64,000 nucleotides of DNA, taken from positions 2,718,089-2,782,088 of the forward strand of contig CAJINV010000001.1 of NCBI GenBank assembly GCA_905178155.1. The letters run 5' to 3'. The stretch's first letter is position 1; each line of letters starts with the position of its first letter. The DNA is from Amoebophrya sp. A120. Taxonomy: Eukaryota; Protista; Dinoflagellata. Shown here piece after piece: positions 23,750 through 33,793 of the stretch. The notes under the pieces were generated by a model. That model worked only from the letters and a program-made list of their open reading frames with translations, was not told where the DNA came from and searched no databases. The position numbers and the translations under genes were made by a program.

Positions 23750-25314
23750 ATGTCGGCCAAGCAGAAAGAGGCCCTGGCGCGCCTTTATGCGAAGCAGCAG
23801 AAGAAGCCCGCGGGCGACATTGCTCCTGCCGCGCCCGCTGCATCCGAACCTCCCAGCGTGGGTGCCGGACCCGCACCCTCCAGCGCCGATCCCTTCAACC
23901 CGGACAACAAGGATAAATGGCAGCATGATGGGTACCAGAATCAGCAGAAAGGGTACTGGAACGGCAACAAGGGCAAGGGCAAGAACGGGAAGGACGACCG
24001 CGAGAACCCCAGCAGCTTTTTCTGGCGGTACTACGACCCGGACTGCGGCATGGCCAAGGCGGAGTGGGAGCGTGAGCGCAAGCGGAAGCGGCAGGAGCGC
24101 CAGGCCATGGAGTACCTCGCGCAGGCCGAGACTATGGGCAGTCTGGAGCCGAAGGCGGTGTTATGGAGAAAAAAAAGTTTGTCAGAGTTACTAACTTGCA
24201 GGCTTTGCATTACAAATTTTCTCAGCATCACAAACTTTCCTTGTATTGCAGAAACACTAGGGAAATCCCTCATGAAGTTTGGCTGTGATGCATTTTTACG
24301 CATGACAAACAATTTTGTATTGCAAGAATGCGCATGAGTGATCGTGACGAACTTTTTTTCTTCGATAGGTGTCCGATGAGGACTACTGGGCGGCGATCTT
24401 CGCCCGGGAGGAGCGTGAGATCAAGATGAAGAGCATCGACGGGTATCAACCGCAAATATGTCTGAGTCTGGAAAGATGCAAGGTTTGTCATGCTCTACCA
24501 GCATGATTCTCAGGTTTGTCATGCAGATCACCCAAATGCTCAATTTTTCTGTCATGCAGAGCCCCAGTTTCTCATGCAGAATAGACAACACCGCAGAAAC
24601 ATGAACATCTCCAAAACTTGTCATGCTTGGCAGCCAATTGAGGCGTGCTCCTCGTTGTCCAACCACCATCACAAGTTTCCAGACCCAGACATATTTGCAA
24701 TGCATAACGGGAACCTGATCTACGGGAAGATTGTGAAGCGCAAGGAGATGTACGACACGACGGTGGAGTTGCAGTTTGACTACGACAAAAACGCGAAGTT
24801 CAAAAAGAAGACGCGGACCGAGGACCACGATATGCAGCAGCAGCGGAGCAAGATCGAGCTGCCGCAACGGATGCAGCAGTCAGAATTTCTCGGCTGGGGG
24901 CGGTCGTCGAACCGGGCGAAGGGCGACTGGGACCACTTGAGCAAGGACAAGATGAAGGGCGCCATGAACCGGGATCGCGACGACGACAGTCCGCGGTTCG
25001 GGAAATCCAAGGGCAAGGGAAAGCGCGGCGGTTCGCGGTCTCGGTCCCGCGGACGTGGCGACGGAAAGGGAGGCTCGTCCTACGGTGGCGGCGCGTCCTC
25101 GTCTTCGCGACCCTGGGGCGGGGATAGTAACAATTACCGGGGGCGGGGAGACCACTACAACGCGGGTCCCTGGGACGATCGCAAGGGCGGCAAGGGGAAA
25201 GGCGGGTACGGCGACGGTGGCAAGGGGGACAGTAGTTCTTACAGCCGGCCTGCGACAAATCACGACAACGCGCTCGAGAGCCACATGGGCGAAATCACAC
25301 TAGACGATCTGTGA
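23750..25314 (+). CDS. Uncharacterised protein with RGG/RS-rich low-complexity C-terminus (probable RNA-binding protein); exons ~23750-24161, 24373-24443, 24712-25314
   Basis: Frame continuous (KAVSDEDYWAAIFAREEREIKMKSIDGNLIYGK) after removing two TIR elements; RGG/GKG/RSRS tail. Confidence 0.75.
24162..24367. mobile_element. TAT...ATA introner-like element, family C-like (206 bp), TSD GGTGT
   Basis: 5' TATGGAGAAAAAAAAGTTTGTCA and 3' TGACGAACTTTTTTTCTTCGATA; GGTGT at 24157-24161 and 24368-24372. Confidence 0.88.
24444..24706. mobile_element. TAT...ATA introner-like element, family A (263 bp), TSD ACGGG
   Basis: 5' TATCAACCGCAAATATGTCTGAGTCTGGAA and 3' TTCCAGACCCAGACATATTTGCAATGCATA; ACGGG at 24439-24443 and 24707-24711. 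Confidence 0.92.
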
Positions 25315-25997
25315 TGAAGTTTGATAGAGTTTTCTCATTTCTTATTTGAGCGAAACACAAAGCGTTTGTAGCGCGACGAAGGAACAATGCGAATGGCGAC
25401 AAACGAAGTCCTTACCAACCTCTGCGACAATAGAATTCTTGGGCTTGTCGCCACGGAAGAAAAACCTGTTTTGAAGAAGTTTATCCTTGACGAAGCGGTG
25501 TCGACAAAGAAGACCCTTCTAGTGCGTATCCTAACGCAAAGTGAATCTTTGATATTACCTCATTTTGAGAAAACCCTTTAACTAAGGCCCAACCGAACTG
25601 CGTTCGCCCTTCTTTGCGTAAGAATCAATTTTTTATGGTGAAACAACTGTTGAATTGTAGTGCCGTTATTTGATTTCTCGTTCTCCATGTCGAAGGCTTT
25701 CCGTTTCCGTGGTCATTCCGCTTCGTTTCCGAGTGGAGAGTGAAGAAGAGTGTCAAACAATTTCCTTCTGGCAAGGTGGTTGCACTGATGTTGATGATGT
25801 GTCGTCGAAGCAACAAAAGTCTTCTTCCTGAGTGTGACAAACGACGTGCTTCTAGGTTCGGAATGATCTGTTGGAAATTAATTCTTTCGATTTGTTCTTG
25901 TTGTTTCAAAGCAAAGCTACACCTCCTAAACACTGTCGCTGAACCACGGCACTTTATATGAACGAAATAGAGTATCCTGCCCTGGCCCTGCCCAAAA

Positions 25998-28975
25998 ATG
26001 CCGGTGGCCGCGAGCTCTACGATCTGTAAGCTTGACGTCTCCTCCCAGGCTGTGATCGACCGGTCGGACTCCGATCCGCGGACGATATGCGGCGACAAGA
26101 CGACGAAGAAGCTGAAGCACCTGCACAGTGGCTCGCTTCGCCCGGACCTGGGGCCGTACTTCAAATGCCAGCGGGAGTTGTACGACAGTGGAAAAGTCGC
26201 GCTGAACGTCGAGGAGGACGGCAGCGCGTTCGCGTACTACCCGAACGGCAAGCGGGCGATCTGCGTGTCGCAGGCGCAGAAGGCGCGACGCTTCTCCGCG
26301 ATGTTCTTCGGGAACGAGCAGGGCAGTCCGTGGCTCGGATCCATCAACGAGTGGGGTTTGGGCAAGATCGAGAGTGCGGCAGACGAGGGTGGGAGCATCT
26401 ACCGATTCGTTTCGACCCGCGACGCCGTCTCGGTCACAAAGAAGTCCGCGGAAACCGGAGCCGTTTTGTCCACCGAATCGGTTCCGTGGGCGACCGCGGT
26501 GGATGACAGCAGCTTCCAACGGATCCAGATGCCCGTGGCGGCGTCCTCCACGGGCTCCATCACGCTCCGCGTCTGTTTCAACCGGTTCGCGAAGCACAAG
26601 GCCGAGACCAGCCGCGGGCCGGGCCGCACCGGCGTGCTCGGCAGCCAGCCGCAGACCACGGGCGTCATTCTGGCGGATTTCCGGGCGGAGAAGGTGAAGC
26701 ACACGTTTGTGCTCGGGATCGTGCCGCCGTCATTGTTCGACCCATCTAACGCCGGGCTGGCGCTTTTGCAGATAAAAACGATGCGGCACAGCGACCCACA
26801 GCAGCACGCCGAGGACGTGCGGTTAGAAACCGCGGGGATTCTGGAAAGAACCTCCGCGGCTTTGAGCCGTGCGCAGTCGGATTTGACGACGGCTCTGCCC
26901 GGATCCCCCGCCAAGAAGATGTCAACTAGTACCAGAGGCGGTGGATCCTCGTCCAGCTCCGCGCTGCACCATCAGACGGTGAATGTGGACCCGGTGACGG
27001 GCAGACACCTGTTCGGCACGATCAAGGATAAGTTTGCGGCCGTGACGGGAGCCGCGCCGGTCACAGACCTTGACGGCACATTTGAGAACCTCACGTTGAA
27101 ATTGACGAAAAACCGGGTGGAGTACAACGTAGAGCGAGAGTTGGCGCAAAAGGTGGCGAAGGCAAACCCGACCTTTCCACGACTCGCCGGGTCGATGACG
27201 AACGAGACCACCGGGGAGTCGGCGAAAATTGGGATCAAATACTTGAGTGGAAAGCTCATGCTCGGAGGGGAGTCCAAGTTGAAAGCCAGCAAAGGGATTG
27301 ACGATGGGGTAGGTGGTCCTACCTTTGTGATAAAATGTTTCTCTTCGACGGTTGAACAATTATGAGCATAACGCACATCGACGATGTTGAGGTTTGGGAG
27401 AGCGAGAAATTTGATTTTTCCACGTAACATCGTATACACAGCACAACCGCTGGTTCTATCCCAAGACGGTGCAGACGCTCAGCCACGACGAAATGGAAGA
27501 CGCTTTGACGCGAAGTAAGGCCAAAATGTTTGTCGTGTGTTTTCACGCACCGTGGGATCCCCAGTCGAAGCACGCGGAGAAGCTGATGCAGGTGGCCTGT
27601 GCCTGCGCGAAGAAATTTGAGAAAAGCATCGACTTCGCAATGGTAGACATGGCGGAAAGGGGGGCGCTGATCTCCGACCGAAGGTGCTTACTTGGCAGTC
27701 ACTTTTAGAAGTGTGGAATTATGCAGCGATGTTGATGTACTAGAGACAGCACAGGAAATGCGAATGCCAGTGTAACGACCGCGTTTGGTTTTTTCGTCCA
27801 TCATCATTCACCACTTATACACTTTTATCTTTCATATTCATTTCTATTCACATCAAATCCATCGATGTCCACATCAGGTTCGTCAACGAGCTCGCGCACA
27901 AGTACTCCGTATCCTGATTAAAAACGTCCCCACACCAGAGTCAAGATGGGGATTTTGCAACACAAACCTAGGAGCTTTGGGAGTCACGCATGACAAGTTT
28001 CAGTCCGTAAGGTAGTGCAGGTTAGCAAGGAAAGCCGCATCACAAATCGATCTGCTGATCCTGTTTACAGCATTACAAGTTCCCAAACACGATTGGAAAT
28101 GCCTGTCGTGGGGTTGCGCATCACAAATGTTCCTGTCATGGCAAATCTGCATGACAACTCTGGTGGTCATGGTACAATGGGGGGGAAAGTGTGTCGCATT
28201 TTGTTTAGCATGACAACTCTGGTGTGGGGACGTTTTTACTCAGGATACTCCGTAACTGCCACGCCGTGGCTTCTGGTCTTCAGCAAGGGCGTCCTCATGG
28301 TCTCCAAGAAGATGACGGGTTTTGTCGAGCGCTTGCGGTTCGAGACCTTTGCCAAGCCACGCGCGCTGCTGGTAGAAATCCCCGGCACGGTCGTCGGCGA
28401 GCGCGGCTTTCCCTACGGACCCGAAAACCAGCGGCGCAGCAAGAACGCGCTCGTGCGCGCACAAGTGGACGCGGACCACGCACTCAGCGGAAAGGACGCG
28501 ATGCTCTTGGCGGGACGCATGACGCCACCCTATGGACTCGTGTTCGCGAGCAGCGAAGTAGGATGTCGTTTTTTTTTTGGGCACCTGAATGATTGAATAG
28601 ATAATTTTATTCTCTGTTTTTGAAGAACACGTCGAAATAGTAGCACTAGGCACCGACGACCACATCTTCCCACACGACTCAACCAAGGTGCCTTACTCCG
28701 AGCTGGAGGGCATTCGCGGCATGGTGATGCGGCGCAACCCGGGCTGCCTGTTTTTCCTAATTCACCATGACAAAAAGCACATCGTCTGTCCGGAGACCCA
28801 GCACCGACTGCTCGACAACCCGGCGGGTGTGGATTACGTATTCCGCCGCCCGCTGGCCACGAGCCGCATTCAGTCCGTGCTGGCAGAGCTCACGCACACC
28901 GAGTTCGCCCTTGCGGGGGAGAGCGGACACCAGTTCTGGGATTACTTAAAGCAGCTGCTGGAGCTGAAAACGTAG
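25998..28975 (+). CDS. Multidomain protein: FAM194/ERICH6-like domain, thioredoxin-like fold and degenerate receiver (REC)-like domain
   Basis: YDSGK...DGSAFAYYPNGKRAICV (FAM194-like); FVVCFHAPWDPQS...AMVDM...LAHKYSVTATPWLLVF (Trx fold, no CxxC); ALLVE...ALSGKDAM...PYGLVF...VP...GVDYVFRRP (REC-like). GT-AG introns ~27309-27441 (acceptor could be 27465), 27684-27877 and 28558-28687, plus one TIR element. Confidence 0.65.
27910..28247. mobile_element. TAT...ATA introner-like element, family B (338 bp), TSD CTCCG
   Basis: 5' TATCCTGATTAAAAACGTCCCCACACCAGAG and 3' CTCTGGTGTGGGGACGTTTTTACTCAGGATA; CTCCG at 27905-27909 and 28248-28252; removal gives HKYSVTATPW. Confidence 0.94.
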
Positions 28976-30658
28976 GTTTTGAGAAACTACTGGATCAGGG
29001 AGCAACTGTCAGGAGGAAAGAGGCTACCTCGGTCGAGGGCCAGCCTGACTGCTCAAAGGCCCGAGCCGGACAGGCAGGCCTGACGCAGGAGGACACTGCT
29101 GCGAGGGCGAAGAAGTGAGACGCTCCAGGTGCGTGCGTGCGCGCGTGCGTGCATTCATGTGGAAAGAAGCGCAGCGGCGGCGGCAAACTCAATTCCTGAA
29201 AAGACCAAATGCAATCGTGGGCAGATCTGCTGCTGCGCCTCCTCTGCTGCACAGACAACATTTTCCCACTGCAGTGTTCACAAAAAGCGCTCAATTGCAG
29301 GTACTAAGTAGCGACCTGTTCCGAAAAAGATGTGCAAATGTTATGAGGGAGCTCTAGTAAAATCAACTGCCCCTGTCCACAAAAGGGCTCTCGGCCCACT
29401 TCTTTGCGTTGCTCGTGAAATATCCAGAGAGAAGTCATCTCGCCCTCCGGAGGCGCTCACTGTGCTTTCCACCTATGACATTGGGCAGCTTCATGTGCTT
29501 AAGTACTTCATTTGGAATTTTCTTCCTTCAGGAAATGGCAGTCAATCCAATATGTCTTTCGATCTGGGTCGTTGTTGAGTGCGGTAAACAAAAACGGAAG
29601 TCGTTCTAGTTTTGCGCCTAACAAGTCAAAGTCGTTGTATCGGAGACTCGCACACTACACACCATTCGCATTCCATCGGGGTCGTGCGTGAGCGGCAGGT
29701 CGTGACGCTCAGACCGCTAATATTCGGAAGTAGTTTTCGTTGACGAATCTCTGGGTGTAGTTAGTTGCATGTAAATTAACACATTTTGGAACGTCCCGTC
29801 GTGCAACAAATCCACATGCTTGTAAAGGGTGTGGAAACTGCATTGGCTTCATCAAATCATTTCGTTACCGGATATTCGTTTGGATAGTAACTCGCAGATC
29901 ATAAGATGCGACCAATGTGCTGAACTTGTACAAGGACGTATCATGTGAAGACTCGCTCGACTAAGACGAAGAAACGAAAAGCAAACAAGAAGCGCTACGT
30001 ATGATAGTAAGTAAGTAAGTAAGTGGAAGAAGCTAAAGCTTGAAAACAAGGCTTTCTTTTTTCTTCGGATATCGATGTTGTAGTGCTAGTGGAACTCCAG
30101 GAAGGAGAATAGTTCATACTGTCAACTACAGAAATTTTGGCAGCGTTTTTCATCGTATCCATCGAAGGAAGATGCGCAACAGGAAGATGCGCAGCAGAAT
30201 GCTGTCGAAGTTCCTTCTTCTTCCGTCTTGGCCAGCATGTTGGTCGTGGTATTCATCCGCTCCAAGAACTTCGGCACTTGTTGGCTTACTCGTTGGCGTC
30301 GCCTCTTCTGCTAATACCGGATCAGAAGATGGGAAAGGCGGGACCACTGACCGTGACGACACGCCACCCGATCTTTTCAACCACGGACCGCAGCAGTCAG
30401 AGTACAAGTACAATTGCATTTTGTCTGCTTTCGAGGACGTATTTGGTATTATTTGCATTTGCTCCGTTTTTTTGCATTTGCATTGATCTTTCAATAAAAA
30501 AAAGTCCGCCAAGGCCAACGGCACGGTGCATGACGAGATCGCAAAAAAACAACGTTTTATTCTCCAGCCATCGCTCCGAACAACCGGAGGACTCGTACGC
30601 CAATCAGCAGCTTCTGGCCACTCGTATGCTTGGTCCACGCACGGCACGCGGTAGCAAA

Positions 30659-33041
30659 ATGAGCGAAAGTAGGCACGAGGAGCAGGACAAAAGCGGGCTT
30701 CTAGAAGAAGCTGCTTCGTACTTCTCGGCCAACGGCAAAGATTTTCTTCAGATCGGCAGGAGCGGCGACAATCAGAACGACGCGCCGCCTTTTGCCTCCC
30801 GTTCCGGAACGCCGCCGCGCGGGGCCCTGGCTGACAGCGCATCCGATGAACACCTCAAACAGGGAGAATCCGGAGCGATGATGGTTGCCGGGACGAGTGG
30901 TGCGCAGTCTGATTCTCCAGGTCGTGGAGGCGAAGTCGAGCTTTCCGTGCAGCAGCAGCTGGCCGAGCTGCGGGCGACCGTGGCGGCGCTAGCAAAGGAA
31001 AACGCAGAGTTACGCAACCATGTCAGAAAAGAAGTGACCGCCATCCGGTTGCAGGTCGAGCAGGGATTCGAGGGCGTGCGCGACTTGCTGGCGTGGTTGG
31101 AAGTAGTACTCGGGGGCGTGGTCAGCTACATACTGTGCAGCTTTCGGATGAAGTACACCTACACCGTATCCTGAACAAAAACGTCCCCACCCCAGAGTTG
31201 TCATGGTGCAAATGCGCAACGATAGAAATGGAGCATTTGTCTTGCGCAGTTGCATGAGACGCATTTCCAGTTGTGTTTTGATATTTATAATCCTGTAAAC
31301 AGGATGGATGAGAAAATGGCTTTCTCATGCGGCTTTCCTTGCCAACCAGCACTACACTGCAGAGGGAAACTTGTCATGCGCAGCTCCCAAAAGCAAAACT
31401 TGGAGACTTGTTTTGTGTTACTAGATTCCCACGTTGACTAAGGGGTGGGGACGTTTTTACACAGGACACACCGCGGTTTTCCTCTGCTGCGGGTATGTCG
31501 CAGTGCTGGTCGGCCTCGTGCTCCCCACTCGCCTCGTTTTCTTTCCGCTAGAGTACGTGGAAGAAAGCAACGAAGGCCCGGAAGATGCGCCCGGACGAGA
31601 AGCGGACGACAGCAACGGGGCGGAAGCGTCGCGGCTACGGGACGAAAAGGGGCGGGGGGCGATGGGCGAGGAGGCGGAAACGAAGTTGCTGCTTCCCTGG
31701 AATTTCGCCTACATGGGGACCCTCTCTTCCGTCACGCAGCAGCAGGCAAGCGGAGAAGGCAAAATCTTTACCGCCTGTATGGTCATTAACGAGGTCTGCG
31801 TGCTGCTGTCCTGCTACACTTCGGTCCTGTACGATAGACCGGACACGGGCGGGTGGGGTACCAGCGGGACCGAGTACCTCAATGTTCCGGCAATTGAGGC
31901 GGATACCGTTGGGAACCATGCGCTTCGCGCCACGTGGCTGATTCTGCCGCGCGTCCTGATGTTGCTGACCGCGACAATCCCGTCGGCGAGTTTTGAGGAC
32001 GAGGAGGAGGAAGGTCCCGGGCATGCGGATGAGCGCATGTCCGAAGCCGAACGCCTCACGCACATGCACGCGAATCGTGGACGGAAATACATGCTGCAGA
32101 TTCATCGAGCAGTTTATCCTCACAGAAAAATACAACTAGCGTGCTGCCAGAAATGTAAAGGAGCAAAGCCAATTCCTAACACTACGCGTACACATAAAAA
32201 GAACCTGTCAGGAGCGAGCCTATGGCCCGGTGCTTCGGATGTGCAAGTAGCGATGTTCTTTTTTATTTGTGGTGTGCAGCTGTAATCTAAATTTTGTTAT
32301 TTTTGCATTTGCTGATGCTGTTGCGTTAGGAATATCTATGACATGCTAGGTGTTTCTTTTCCCTCTCATACGATGCTCCTCGCGATGGCGTTGCTCTTGT
32401 TCTTCGAAACGCGGCAGCTTGTATGGTGCGAAAAGGTGAGCATTCCACAGGTGCTGTTTGCTTGTACGCCGCTACCTGGTGAGTCCGGTACCGGGTTGGT
32501 GCATGAACATGACAGAATCCGGGACAGCCGGTGGCTGTACTTCCCCCGCGCCCTCAGCCTGGTTCTCGGATGGGTGTTCTGCGTCGTTTTTGCGGTTTTG
32601 GCGAACGTGTTGCAGCATTCGGATGCTCGGCAGAGAGGTGCGGCGGCCGGTGGCCGGCTGATGCCGAAATCCACCAGTCTGTTATTGCCGCGGTCCGTCT
32701 ACGTCACGGAAGTGTTGGCCATGCTAACAGTTTACGGCCTACCGTTTTGGCCGATGCTGCTCGCTGCTCTAGAAGATGAGGCACAAGATGGATTGGGATT
32801 GCAAGCTGGCGGCATCGGGAAAGACCCGCTCGGTTCGATCGGAGACAATGTAAACAGATTGTGGGACATGACCTTTTATTGGACGCCAAGCTGCGGTACG
32901 CATGCGGACTTGCTCCAGAAATTTTACAACAGCACCGCCCCGCCATGCGATCCTGACAAAAGCTGGTGGGACCTAGACTGGGAAAGCGGTCATGACCCAG
33001 CGTGGCATGCGCGGTTTAAGGCACGCTTAGGTTTCGAGTAG
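30659..33041 (+). CDS. Uncharacterised multi-pass membrane protein with N-terminal coiled coil (start codon uncertain); exons ~30659-31166, 31474-32114, ~32376-33041
   Basis: Coiled coil QLAELRATVAALAKENAELR followed by several hydrophobic helices; frame restored across the elements at 31167 and 32115. Confidence 0.65.
31167..31468. mobile_element. Introner-like element, family B (302 bp; ends ACA), TSD CACCG
   Basis: 5' TATCCTGAACAAAAACGTCCCCACCCC and 3' GGGGTGGGGACGTTTTTACACAGGACA; CACCG at 31162-31166 and 31469-31473; removal gives KYTYTAVFLCC. Confidence 0.9.
32115..32370. mobile_element. Putative old, highly degenerate TAT...ATA introner (256 bp)
   Basis: 5' TATCCTCACAGAAAAATACAACTAGC versus 3' GCTAGGTGTTTCTTTTCCCTCTCATA (weak IR); flanks CAGTT/CGATG are diverged, but removing element plus 5 nt restores the frame (HRA[V/M]LLAMALL). 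Confidence 0.55.
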
Positions 33042-33793
33042 CGCCAGGCCGCTCGGCGTTTCTTCGTTTCTTTAGCACCGCGCAAAGAAAAAAAACTGCA
33101 GGCTGCAATGAACAGATGAGGATTAACAACTCACTTCCTCCACTAAAGTGAAATGACATGTATTTCTCCTCTGCGTCTGTCATTGATTTCGCAATAAGCG
33201 ACGTGTGGCGAGCAGGCGATGGTTCTTATTCCTACAGGCACTCTAATCGAAGTAGAGCACCATTGCTGATGTGCCTCCGCCTTCTGGTCCGGAACCTAAT
33301 GTGCTTCCTGGTCGAGTTGTCGTCCAGGAGTTGTAATTGAATTGTTTTGGATCCACAGTACGGTGGCTGAGGCTGAGGGGAAGAGCGAATGAGTGTCCTT
33401 GAGAGTGTGCAAACGTGCTGGTTGAGTGATTCCCTCAAATAAAGTGCCTGCTCACAACCTACAAACTCCGCCTGCTTGCGCAGTCTCTAAAAGAAAGGAG
33501 GCATTTTTTCGAAAACTATTGCAATCGTTGACTGAGTCATCTGGGCTAGCACGACAAAAGCTTTTTGCCGGATCTACGAACTCATTTTTGCGTAGAGATG
33601 TATCTATCAGGAGAGTTGTGAGGTACATACTAGCAGCTCCCCAGACACTTCTCCTTGCAGAGGACACTACGCCACATAAAATCTACTCGACGTCGACTCA
33701 GACCAGGGGACGTCTCTTGCGAAGCGGGGGAGTGGAATCGACAAGAAAAGACAGCAACAAGAACGACAAAAACCAGTCGTGCAGTGAAACAAA

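Noticed and set aside
30006-30024. (GTAA)n and similar short microsatellites (also ~2602, ~29129)
   Set aside because: They are very short simple repeats with no evidence of function.
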